49,896 bases of DNA from Nemertoderma westbladi (Eukaryota > Animalia > Xenacoelomorpha), in assembly GCA_032718475.1 (NCBI GenBank), contig JAUCBJ010000322.1:1-49896 (forward strand), written 5' to 3'. The notes under the pieces were generated by a model, which saw nothing but the letters and a program-made list of their open reading frames with translations, was not told the DNA's origin and ran no database searches. Shown here in pieces: positions 40,750 through 49,896 of this stretch (positions are counted from its first letter, which is position 1; the number at the start of each line of letters is the position of its first letter). The position numbers and the translations under genes are program-made.

Positions 40750-41623
40750 GCAGGATATATCGCTTCTGATATATCTTTATCGCTCCTCTCCGGAATTGGT
40801 ACACCTCTTGTTTCCCTGGTCTCGCTCCCCACTTCAGCGAGATCGCTAACTCTGCTCCGTACTCCTCTCTGAACTTTCCCCAGTCCGTCGGTTTATGGCA
40901 TACGAGCCCCAATAGCTGGCCCATCGCCACCGCTCCGCACTGGCCTGTGTTCTCCACTAGTCCCAACCCGTCTGGCGCTGTCATAGCCATATAGACCGTC
41001 TGCGTGTCCAGAAGGTTGGGGGTGTACAGACCAATGATTCTCTCCGCGTCGTCGCGAATCGCCGATCCCACCTTCGTCGTTGACTTCTCTCTTACCAAGG
41101 CTTGTACCGCCTTCGGTAGTCGGTTCAGCTTCGGCCCGTCCTTGCTCCCATACGTTCCTAGATCGAATAAGAAAATGTCCCCATTTGGTGCGGCCAAATG
41201 TAGGAGTATGGTCCTTGCCGACGCCGCTGATCCTCGTCTCGAATCCCTCTCGTCTTCCACGGTTCCCTCGTCATCTAGGATCATATATCCTCCTCTACTG
41301 ACGGACTCTACGAACCTCTTCCAATCCTTCTTCGGCGAATCCCTTGCGTACCTCGGAATCCCGAACTTCTCCTCGTCTCCCTTTACTTCGTAGTGGAAGT
41401 GTTGGAATATCGCGTTGTCCAGCGACGGTGTCCCGTAGGTTCCGACCAGCCGCTGTTCGTGCACTTCCCTGAAGTGGTCTTGTAGCGCTCGCGCTGCGTG
41501 ACCCCTCTCCAACCGTTTGTAGTATCCTCTTGTCTTTTCTTCCGGATGTCTCTTGGTGAAGTCCACCAGTATCTCCTTTCCTCCTGACTCTGCCTTTCTC
41601 TTCCTAATCAACTTACTCGCCAT
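40646..41623 (-). CDS. DEDDy 3'-5' exonuclease-like protein (WRN-exo/EXD/Mut-7/RNase D fold)
   Basis: Ordered motifs: YMILDDEG (ExoI DxE), LLHLAAPNGDIFLFDL, LPKAVQALV, KVGSAIRDD (ExoII), NLLDTQ, GAVAMGQLLGL..K, QKRYIL (start of ExoIII). First ATG at 41623. Confidence 0.75.
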   Translation of the reverse strand: MASKLIRKRKAESGGKEILVDFTKRHPEEKTRGYYKRLERGHAARALQDHFREVHEQRLVGTYGTPSLDNAIFQHFHYEVKGDEEKFGIPRYARDSPKKDWKRFVESVSRGGYMILDDEGTVEDERDSRRGSAASARTILLHLAAPNGDIFLFDLGTYGSKDGPKLNRLPKAVQALVREKSTTKVGSAIRDDAERIIGLYTPNLLDTQTVYMAMTAPDGLGLVENTGQCGAVAMGQLLGLVCHKPTDWGKFREEYGAELAISLKWGARPGKQEVYQFRRGAIKIYQKRYILRYDGSTEPIHDHCHWEGTNGIPAIGITPELQKGL

Positions 41624-42122
41624 TCCGAACACTACACTCGCTCACCTGCAGGGTGGTGCCTTACCAAGGCGCAGTACAGATGAGTGATGTATTAAGGTGT
41701 TCCGTACGGTTCGATAATGGCCTATATTCTACTTAATTGCGCCCTTTTATCTTATACTATTGCTTACCTAATTCTGTAGCTAACAAATGCACCCTAATTA
41801 CGATTTCTGTCCGTTACTTTTATTATGTTCCAGAATAATTTCTCTACTGTTACCACAATTTGTAACTTTCAGCCATATACTATTTATTTCTTGCCCTACC
41901 GTGCTACTACTTACTATTGCCTGTGAATTACCCTACTCTCTAATCCACATTCTGGCCTACTCTGTGGGTCTATGCAGTACAGCAGTATATGTCGCGTGGC
42001 CTACACGATCTATCCGACTGTACTCACATGCCCCCCTCTAACTGCTAACTAATATCTATATCATATATACATATCCCCCTAGTTCTAACTCTTATTAATT
42101 AGTACTTTCCTACTAATTCTCA

Positions 42123-42743
42123 CCAGCTAACTAGCGGACGTACCCTTAACTAATTAACTAACTATCCTAACTCTTACTTTCTAGCTAGTTAGCGGTACTA
42201 CGTACCCTCAACTAACTAACTACTCCAGCTAACTAGCGGACGTACCCTTAACTAATTAACTAACTAACCCTTACTCTCTAGCAAGTTAGCGGTACTACGT
42301 ACCATCAACTAACTAACTACTCCAGCTAACTAGCGGACGTACCCTTAACTAATTAACTAACTAACCCTTACTCTCTAGCAAGTTAGCGGTACTACGTACC
42401 CTCAACTAACTAACTACTCCAGCTAACTAGCGGACGTACCCTTAACTAATTAACTAACTAATCCCTACTCTCTAGCAAGTTAGCGGTACTACGTACCCTC
42501 AACTAACTAACTACTCCAGCTAACTAGCGGACATACCCTTAACTAATTAACTAACTAATCCCTACTCTTTAGCAAGTTAGCGGTACTACGTACCCTCAAC
42601 TAACTAACTACTCCAGCTAACTAGCGGACGCACCCTTAACTAATTAACTAACTGACTCCTACTAACTGGTGGTACTACGTACCCTCTAACTACTCTAGCT
42701 AACTAGCGGTACTACGTACCCTTGACTAATTAACTAGCTGACT
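42123..42743. repeat. 97-bp tandem repeat (~6 copies) made of two related ~48-bp subunits
   Basis: CCAGCTAACTAGCGGAC at 42123, 42225, 42322, 42419, 42516 and 42613. Rich in AACT/CTAA micro-repeats. Confidence 0.95.
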
Positions 42744-42867
42744 ATTTTTTTATTTTATTTTTTATTATTTTGTGTGGGGAAGGGCGTCTAGCCCTCAATC
42801 CCACCCCCCTCAGTCCAAAAATGGACGACTAAAAACACACACAAATCTACTCTCTCCGCTTTTAGGT

Positions 42868-45800
42868 TTAAGGTGCTCCCTCCAAAAGACAACATTTACC
42901 TACAGCTCTCCTGTAGGTCTTTCTGTCTTTCGCACCTATCTTTCCACCTATCCGCACTTCTACCGATCGGACTCTTCCGTCCTTATCGGTGTATGTGCCT
43001 ACTACCCTCGCCAACCGCCACTGGTTGTTGATGATTGTATCATCCGTAACGATCACGAGATCTCCCTCTCTTAACTCTCTGTTTGGTTTCCTCCACTTGC
43101 TTCTTTTGTGAAGTGTGGGTAGGTATTCCTCAACCCACCTTCTCCAATACTCCGCGCTTATTGCTTTAGCGACTTTCCAACTCTGCTGGGAGTGTATGTC
43201 GTCTGGGTCTACACCCCGCATGTCGATTGTCACTGGCCTCTCCATTAGAAAATGGCTTGGCGTAAGCACCTCTAGTGACTCTGGGTCATCATTCTCCGGA
43301 TATAGCGGTCTGCTATTAATGATACCCTCACACTTTGCAAGTACCGTTCTCAAAATGTCCTCTGTGACCATATGGGTGTTCATCAGCTTCGTCATGAGAC
43401 GCTTCGAACTGCCCACCAGTCTCTCGACGCATCCTAGTGTATGTGGTGCATACGGCGTCCTTCTCTCCCATTTTACTTGACGTCGCCTCATGGCTGCCTT
43501 GACTTCCTCCCCTTCCAAGATGTCCAAGGCCTCTGCCATCTCGTTCTCTGCTCCCACAAAGTTGGTTCCGCTGTCGGAGTACATTACTTCGATTGTTCCA
43601 CCTTTGCGGTCTCTGAACCTTTCCAGCGCGTTTATAAACGCTGATGATGATGCATCTTGGGCGAGTTCTATGCCTACCGCCCTCGTGTTGTTACATACGA
43701 AGATTATCCCGTGGCGTTTCTCCGTGTGTCGCATCACCTTGATCTTTATTGGCCCGAACATGTCCACACCGCAATGCGTAAATGGCGGGTCGTGCTGTCT
43801 TACTCTACTCGCCGGTAGTGGTGCCATCTCCTGTATGGCTATCTCCTTCTTCGCTCGCCTGCAGGTCTGGCACTGCCCCACTACCGCTTTCACTTTCTTC
43901 CTTAGTTGCTTGACCCAGTAGGTCCTTCTTATTTCTGCGAGGGTTCGGTTGGTGCCCCCGTGCAATATCGACTTGTGGTAGTCCCAGATAATCTGGTGGA
44001 TTATCGGCGATCCTGTAGGAATGATGATGGGTTTCGGTGGTACCACAATGCTATTGTTGTATCCCACCCTAGAGTTCATTACTAGGATCCCGTCATCGTT
44101 TAGTTGTGGTGACAGCGTGATCAACTCGCTGTCTCGTCGAAGATGCTGTTTCTTACTGACGCGCTCCACTTCGTCGCCATAGTTCTTTCGTTGTTCGTAG
44201 CGGATGATTGCTCTAGCCGCTCCTTCCAGATCTATGGTCGTCCTGATTTTCTTCCTGTCGCCGACTCCCGCGAGGAAATTCCCGAAGGCTCTCCAGTACG
44301 CCACTAATTTCTTGGTCTTGTACCAGCTAGAGCTGTAGCTGAGGAGTTTATCCGTTGGGTTATTGCACACTTCCACTGATTTGGGTCGCACGTCCCTTAT
44401 CTCCCTCGCCATCTGGGAGTATATCTCTTCTCCCTCTGAATCTCCCTCTTCTCCTTCCGATATTACTTCTTCTGAGCATGGGTCCACCTTTCTCATCGGC
44501 GGCCAGGCCTCCTTGTCGCTCAGAAACTGTGGCCCGTGTTGCCACAATACTTCCTTCTTCAGGAAAGTGTGGCGTGCCACGCCCCTCGATAACAAGTCCG
44601 CTGGGTTCTCGTCCGTAGGGCAGTAGTGCCACCTTTCTAGCTCCGTCTTCGCCCTTATTTCGTCCACTCTATTCGCGACGAATATAGGGTATCGCGTTTT
44701 CTCGTTATGCAGCCAACCGAGTACTACCATGGAGTCCGTCCAGTAGTGTGTCTCCACTATGTTGGGAATAGCGTCCATTATGTAGGCTGTGGCTCTAACT
44801 CCTAATCTCGCCGCTGTCAATTCTAGTTTGGGAACTGACGCCGAATCTGGTGGCGTTGACTTCGCCTTGCTGAAGGCAAGTCTGGATTTGTGAGACCCCT
44901 CGTGTTGTACTAAGTAGAGTGCCGCTCCGTATGCCTCTAGCGACGCATCGGAGAACATGTGCAGATCCAGGTTCGTCATGTCCCCGTCCGGGAAATACAC
45001 TCTAGGCATGTTGTATGTTCCCATATCCTCTAGACCCTCTGTCCACTTGCACCATTGTTTCTTAATCTCTTCTGGCACCTCTTTGTCCCACTCGTCTTTT
45101 AGCTTGTATACTCTTTTGAGTATTTGTTTCCCCGTTACTAGTAGTGGGGATGCTAGGCCTAGGGGATCGTATATTCTTGCTATGTATGACACATAGCCTC
45201 TCTTTGTGTGGATGTCTGCGCCCTCCTGGCTTAGTTGGTACCTTAGTTCGTCTGTCTCTTTGTTCCACACGATTCCCAGTGCCTTTTGTTGGGACTCTGT
45301 CCTCCTACTCGCCATGTCCTGCCCCTTTGCTGTCGTGGGATTATCCATGGTCGATTGTGGTCTCTCGTCCTCTATCGCTTTGATAAATTCCTGCGAACTG
45401 GACTGGAATTTGGTCAGGTTAAAGCCGGATCCTCTTAGGATGTCGCGAACCTCGCGCCCCGTATCCAGTATCTCTTTAACCGTGTTTCCCGAGTCCATCC
45501 CGTCGTCTACGTAGAAGCCGCGTCGAATCATGTCGACGGCCCTAGTGCTATATCTATCCTCTTTCCCTTTTACCGTGTCTCTTACCGCCATAGTCGTTGT
45601 GAAGGAAGACGACTTGGCGCCCATGTTCTGCACTATCATCTTGTACATTGGTATGATCGACGGTTCTTCGTCGCCGTTGTACCATAAGAAGCGTTGACTA
45701 TCGCTGTCTTCTTCCGTTACACGGACTTGGTTGAACATGCCCTCTATATCGCAGGTGAAGGCGTGTTTTCCGTTCCTGAATCTTAATAGGACCTCGATCC

Positions 45801-48255
45801 CTGAGTTGTAAATATTGGGACCCTCCAGTAGATAGTCGTTTAGGCATTTTCCGTTGGTTTTTGCCGACGCATCTACTACCATTCTCAGCTTACCTTTCTT
45901 AGGATCTAAAGCCACGTGGAGTGGCAGGTAATATGTCCTGTCCGTATTTGGTTCGTCAACCGGTAGCTCCATGGCCCATCCCTTCTCAATGTACTTCTTG
46001 ATAGTTCTATGGATGTACTCATTCTTCTCGGGGCTCCGTTTTAATGTCTGTTTCAACTTACGAAGCCTCGTAAGTACCATCCCTTTATTATCGGGCAGCG
46101 GTAGCTTTGGTAGCTTCCATACCATCCCTATGGTATACCGTCCCTCGTTACACGTCATTGACTCCTCTACGCTCTGTCGAGCCTGCTTGTCCTCCACCGA
46201 GGTCCCTACCCCGGTCTCTTTTAATCCCTCAAAATCTTGTTTGAGCAGTCTTTTAAGCTGCTCCTCTGCTTTCTCATCGCCTATTTCCTGCATGGTTCCC
46301 GCGAACATGCATCCTGATGTCTCCGACATCCTAAATGGTATCTTACTCTTGATTGGGCCACTCAGTGTCCACCCGAATGGTGTCAATATCGCCACTGGGT
46401 CACACTCCCTGTCTTCGCCGAAGACCGTTTGCATTCTCTTGTGGGCCGTCGGGCAGTCCATGCCTACTATGATGGATACTTTCCTGACGTCCACCTCCGG
46501 GATTGAGAAGTCAATACTATCCAGGAATTTATATTGCTCGACCTCGATGTTGGTTGGTCGCCTGGCATTGATATTGATTGACTCTATCACTTGGATGGGG
46601 TCGATAGTTGCCCCGTAGTTACATCCCGGTGCCACTGTTGCAATCGCGCACCGTCCGGTTCTCATCTCTAGGACCTCGTCTTTGCTCGAGATGGTTGTTA
46701 CTGCCATTCTACTTGGCCTCGTCCTCAATCCTATTTCTTCGGCCACCCAATCTTCAACTAAAGTGAAGGCAGCTCCGCTATCGACCAGCATCAGAGTGGT
46801 TACTGATCGATTGCCTTCCCCAATCACTCTCACCGGTACTACCCCAAGTAGCACCGTTCCTCTCTTCTTCGCCCCTACTGTGCTCGTTGCCATTGTTTGG
46901 CCTTTATTTCGACGGTACTTAACCGGCGTCTCCTTGCATTGCCTTGCTCGATGTCCACTCATCACACATCGCGAGCAGATCTCATTTCTGTCCGCGTATA
47001 TTACCTGATCTTCTCTGGGTAATGCTTGCCAGTAGCTGCAGTTCATGGTTAGATGTTTTGCATTTGCATGTAGCTGGCATTTAGCCTTTGGGTCGTAGCC
47101 ATCCTTGTACAGTGCATCGCGTATCGCAACTGCATTTGTACTAAAGTCCCTACTGTTTTTATAGCTTGTGTTCGGCCTACTTGATGTATTGGGGTTATGT
47201 TTATTCGTGTTGTTGTTTTTCCCCTGTCCGGCCTTACCCTCTGCTACCTGTGGACTCGCAGTCCCTTGCGTCGCTGCATATGGCAGTGATTGTCTGAGCT
47301 TTGGTAATGCATTCGACGTGTTGTGCTCTTGTTTCGGTCGATGGTAATCCGTCTTCGGTCCCTTTCCCAGACTGTCTTCGCTATAGACTGGGTCGGTTAT
47401 TAGTTCAGCCTCGTAGCTCAGGATGCTAGACATTTCTTCTAGGCCCGGTTCCGCACCCTTTCTGTCTCTAGTGGAGAAAGCGACTCTTCTCCACTTATTG
47501 CGCAGCCAGATCGGCAGTGCCTGCGCTATCGTGGTGATGTTGTTGGAAGCGTTGAGCTCATATGGTGCGTCCAACGTCTTTAGCACGATCAGCGCCTTTT
47601 CGACTTTGTTAGCAAACGTCTTAATGCTAACAGGATTATCCTGTAGGCCACCCGTTGTTATGCCTCTCAGGGTTTGCCTGATGATCTTAGCTGGGTGCCC
47701 GTATTCCCTATCCAGTGCCCGCCATGCTGTCGTGAAGCCCCCTTCTATACCCTGGTATTGCCTCACGATGTCATATGCTGGGCCTCCTGTGTATACTTGC
47801 AGATACTTTAGGCACTCCGCCTGCGTCAAGTTTTTCGTTAGTATCTCGTTACTATACATGCGCCAAAACTGTAGATATTCTTCCGGCCTACTCCCATCGA
47901 ATTTGAATGGTTCCACGGGTGGTAACTCGATCCTGGTTTTTAACGCATCGATTAACGTGGCCATCCCCACCGCCTGCGCCTCTAATGGGCTCGATGGATG
48001 TTGCATAGTTTCCCTTGTTTGGTGCGGTCCATCCATTCTATTCCCTGTTCTTCTCTGACTTGGGTATATCATTGGGGGTAGCGGCCCCCTCCATATTTCC
48101 GTGTCGCACGATTTATTTTCGTCCAAGGGATTCGTTGTCCTCGCTCCTATTGGGGTATATTGTTGATATTGCGATGGGGGAATGTCACCCTGTCCCCCCC
48201 CCCCACCGGTATGTTTGGTACTGGGGTCGATGTTAATATATTGGGGCCCATGCAT
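42868..48255 (-). CDS. BEL/Pao Gag-Pol polyprotein (Gag, aspartic protease, RT, RNase H, integrase)
   Basis: Gag LPPVEPFKFDG and Cys/His knuckles. Protease LVDSGA. RT YLPLH, LRMVVDAS, DIEGMFNQV, QRFLW, FYVDD. RNase H FSDAS, PKLEL, WTDS, NPADLLSRG. Integrase H..H/CQTC, GVDMFGP, SDSGTNFVGA, GCVERLV. BEL-type C-terminus YWRRWVEEYLPTL..GDLVIV..DGRVRSVEV. Confidence 0.96.
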   Translation of the reverse strand: MHGPQYINIDPSTKHTGGGGGQGDIPPSQYQQYTPIGARTTNPLDENKSCDTEIWRGPLPPMIYPSQRRTGNRMDGPHQTRETMQHPSSPLEAQAVGMATLIDALKTRIELPPVEPFKFDGSRPEEYLQFWRMYSNEILTKNLTQAECLKYLQVYTGGPAYDIVRQYQGIEGGFTTAWRALDREYGHPAKIIRQTLRGITTGGLQDNPVSIKTFANKVEKALIVLKTLDAPYELNASNNITTIAQALPIWLRNKWRRVAFSTRDRKGAEPGLEEMSSILSYEAELITDPVYSEDSLGKGPKTDYHRPKQEHNTSNALPKLRQSLPYAATQGTASPQVAEGKAGQGKNNNTNKHNPNTSSRPNTSYKNSRDFSTNAVAIRDALYKDGYDPKAKCQLHANAKHLTMNCSYWQALPREDQVIYADRNEICSRCVMSGHRARQCKETPVKYRRNKGQTMATSTVGAKKRGTVLLGVVPVRVIGEGNRSVTTLMLVDSGAAFTLVEDWVAEEIGLRTRPSRMAVTTISSKDEVLEMRTGRCAIATVAPGCNYGATIDPIQVIESININARRPTNIEVEQYKFLDSIDFSIPEVDVRKVSIIVGMDCPTAHKRMQTVFGEDRECDPVAILTPFGWTLSGPIKSKIPFRMSETSGCMFAGTMQEIGDEKAEEQLKRLLKQDFEGLKETGVGTSVEDKQARQSVEESMTCNEGRYTIGMVWKLPKLPLPDNKGMVLTRLRKLKQTLKRSPEKNEYIHRTIKKYIEKGWAMELPVDEPNTDRTYYLPLHVALDPKKGKLRMVVDASAKTNGKCLNDYLLEGPNIYNSGIEVLLRFRNGKHAFTCDIEGMFNQVRVTEEDSDSQRFLWYNGDEEPSIIPMYKMIVQNMGAKSSSFTTTMAVRDTVKGKEDRYSTRAVDMIRRGFYVDDGMDSGNTVKEILDTGREVRDILRGSGFNLTKFQSSSQEFIKAIEDERPQSTMDNPTTAKGQDMASRRTESQQKALGIVWNKETDELRYQLSQEGADIHTKRGYVSYIARIYDPLGLASPLLVTGKQILKRVYKLKDEWDKEVPEEIKKQWCKWTEGLEDMGTYNMPRVYFPDGDMTNLDLHMFSDASLEAYGAALYLVQHEGSHKSRLAFSKAKSTPPDSASVPKLELTAARLGVRATAYIMDAIPNIVETHYWTDSMVVLGWLHNEKTRYPIFVANRVDEIRAKTELERWHYCPTDENPADLLSRGVARHTFLKKEVLWQHGPQFLSDKEAWPPMRKVDPCSEEVISEGEEGDSEGEEIYSQMAREIRDVRPKSVEVCNNPTDKLLSYSSSWYKTKKLVAYWRAFGNFLAGVGDRKKIRTTIDLEGAARAIIRYEQRKNYGDEVERVSKKQHLRRDSELITLSPQLNDDGILVMNSRVGYNNSIVVPPKPIIIPTGSPIIHQIIWDYHKSILHGGTNRTLAEIRRTYWVKQLRKKVKAVVGQCQTCRRAKKEIAIQEMAPLPASRVRQHDPPFTHCGVDMFGPIKIKVMRHTEKRHGIIFVCNNTRAVGIELAQDASSSAFINALERFRDRKGGTIEVMYSDSGTNFVGAENEMAEALDILEGEEVKAAMRRRQVKWERRTPYAPHTLGCVERLVGSSKRLMTKLMNTHMVTEDILRTVLAKCEGIINSRPLYPENDDPESLEVLTPSHFLMERPVTIDMRGVDPDDIHSQQSWKVAKAISAEYWRRWVEEYLPTLHKRSKWRKPNRELREGDLVIVTDDTIINNQWRLARVVGTYTDKDGRVRSVEVRIGGKIGAKDRKTYRRAVGKCCLLEGAP

Positions 48256-49896
48256 TTATCCGCAATAATTCCCCCCTCCCCTGGGTATATGTTATAACCT
48301 TTGGTGCTGTAGTCATACTGCTGCACTGGTACCGGTATAGGCCTATCAGCTTCTGGCCTACCCACCGGAATGTATTCCGCGACTTCCGGGTCTAATCCCG
48401 TTGTCCGCGCTATCCTATCGCCTACGTTGCTTCTGTCAGCATGGCCTACGGTATGTGCAGTAAGGCCTACAGTATGTCCTACAGTCTGTATGTACTGCTC
48501 GGGATCGAAGTTTATTCTTCTCGAATAGTCCTCTCCGCGGCTACCGTATTCTCGATCGGTAGGTACATCCCGACGGAAAGTTTCCCTCCGGCCCCCTCTA
48601 CTGCTCTCATCTTCGCGTCGGTACATCACGTATCTCTCTCTCGGCGTGTAGTGCGCCTCGTCGGGTCGCGTTTCTCCGGGGCGACGGCAATCTCCCGTAG
48701 TTCGACCCCACCGACTCTCTTCTTCCATCTCAATCACCGACGGCTCACTATCCGTTCTCGCTCTTCTATCGTTCGCGGCGATACTTCTTCCATCATCTTC
48801 TCCTCTTCTTCTCTCAGTGCAGTATTCCCGCTCGTGAGATCTCTCGTCGACCTCCCGGTTAAACTCCACCGTTCTTCTTCCCTCTTCCGATCGGGCTTGA
48901 CGCTCCGTCCGCCCTCTCGCGACGTCAACCTGCATCTCTCTGCTCGATCGCACGTCGCTGGGGACACTCGCGGTCCCCCTATTACTTTCCGTCGCCGGGT
49001 GTTGCGGTTTACCTACTTCGGCCCGCGCATTATCCGCCGACGCTTGTGGGACACTCTCTGCCCCCCCCCTTTCGTCACTAACTTCTCGCGGTGGGGTGCT
49101 CGTAGCCCCCCCCCCCCCCCACCCGCCACTTCTAACTTCGGTACCTCTTACTACACTTCTGTACCCTTCTCGTGGGGCGCTCTCTGTCCCCCCCCCCTCT
49201 CGCCGCTAATCTCGCGTGGTGGGGCGCTCGTAGCCCCCCCCCCACTCGCCACATCTAACTTCTTTATCTCTTACTCCACCTCCGCACTTTTCTCCCGTCG
49301 ACACAACGTTTGCATTGGGGCTGGGTCCGCTTACCCCCGCCCCTCTCTCTACTACTACCTGGCCTACCAGGCCTACTTCGGGTTGTCTCAACCCCGCCGT
49401 TTCCGGCCTACTAACTACGAGGCCTACCAGGCCTACCTCGGGTTGGCTCAACCCTGCTACTTCCGTCCTACTGACTACGCGGCCTACCAGGCCCACCTCG
49501 GGTTGGCTCAACCCCGCCGTCTCCGGCCTACTCACTACGTGGCCTACCAGGCCCTCGCCCGCTGGGCTATGTACGTTGGACGCGTCTATATTAATAATAC
49601 CACTGTGATTACCCTGCGCACCAAAGTTAGAAACAATATCTTGCGTTATAACACTACTTGGATTATTTTGTAAAATCGAATTCGGGTTATTATTTAAGTT
49701 ATTTGGATTACTTTGCAAAATCGAATTCGGGCTATTATTTAAATTATTCGGATTACCTTGTATAACTACATCATTAGAATTATTCTGTACGTTAATATTA
49801 GAATCGTTCTGATTTAAGATAAGTTTATTACTATTAGGTAAAGTATTTCCTGCAATAAAGATTTGGTTAGAGTCGTCCAATACAGTATTATTAATA
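48147..49896 (-). CDS. Low-complexity N-terminal Gag extension, broken only at G homopolymers
   Basis: ORFs 49206-49880 and 48147-48953 share a frame and are separated by one TAG lying between two G10 runs. The second overlaps the polyprotein across a G11 run (48194-48204). The frame is open to the window edge. Confidence 0.65.
49360..49555 (-). repeat. 60-bp coding tandem repeat (~3.3 copies of EVGLVGxVVSRPETAGLSQP)
   Basis: GGCCTACCAGGCC recurs at 60-bp intervals (49361, 49421, 49481, 49541). Confidence 0.9.

Larger units (their letters stand above)
38544..49896 (-). mobile_element. BEL/Pao LTR retrotransposon (5' end beyond the window) with an extra 3' gene
   Basis: Polyprotein with BEL/Pao signatures, a PPT, and a TGT..ACA LTR abutting the satellite mid-monomer. 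Confidence 0.88.

Noticed and set aside
39849-41632. Extra ORFs as an env gene or a second gag
   Set aside because: No signal peptide, furin site plus fusion peptide, or C-terminal TM anchor pattern. The knuckles follow exonuclease-like motifs rather than a capsid-like region.
42772-48236. Plus-strand and alternate-frame ORFs overlapping the polyprotein
   Set aside because: Ser/Leu-rich antisense shadows of a clearly coding minus-strand frame.
48441-49673. 410-aa plus-strand ORF
   Set aside because: Antisense shadow of the repetitive, purine-biased gag extension, with no recognisable domain.

Overview
Eukaryotic (probably invertebrate) heterochromatin-like DNA with no recognisable host gene. 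About 36 kb (~2345-38543) is a ~416-bp satellite array of roughly 80 monomers. It has a recurrent 49-bp-deleted variant, higher-order and segmental duplications, and two clean insertions: a 5'-truncated RTE-type LINE (4694-6199, 10-bp TSD) and a non-autonomous piggyBac-like element (22938-24488, TTAA TSD). On the left are a putative minus-strand LTR with PBS and a tRNA-like Pol III unit. On the right is a minus-strand BEL/Pao LTR retrotransposon with an intact Gag-PR-RT-RNaseH-IN polyprotein, its 3' LTR at 38544-39104 and its 5' end outside the window. The most notable observation is a ~3.7-kb insert between pol and the 3' LTR, in the env position. It holds a 97-bp tandem repeat and a frameshift-split extra gene resembling a DEDDy (WRN/EXD/Mut-7/RNase D-like) 3'-5' exonuclease followed by two CCHC zinc knuckles. 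All family calls come from motifs recognised by eye; no database search was run.
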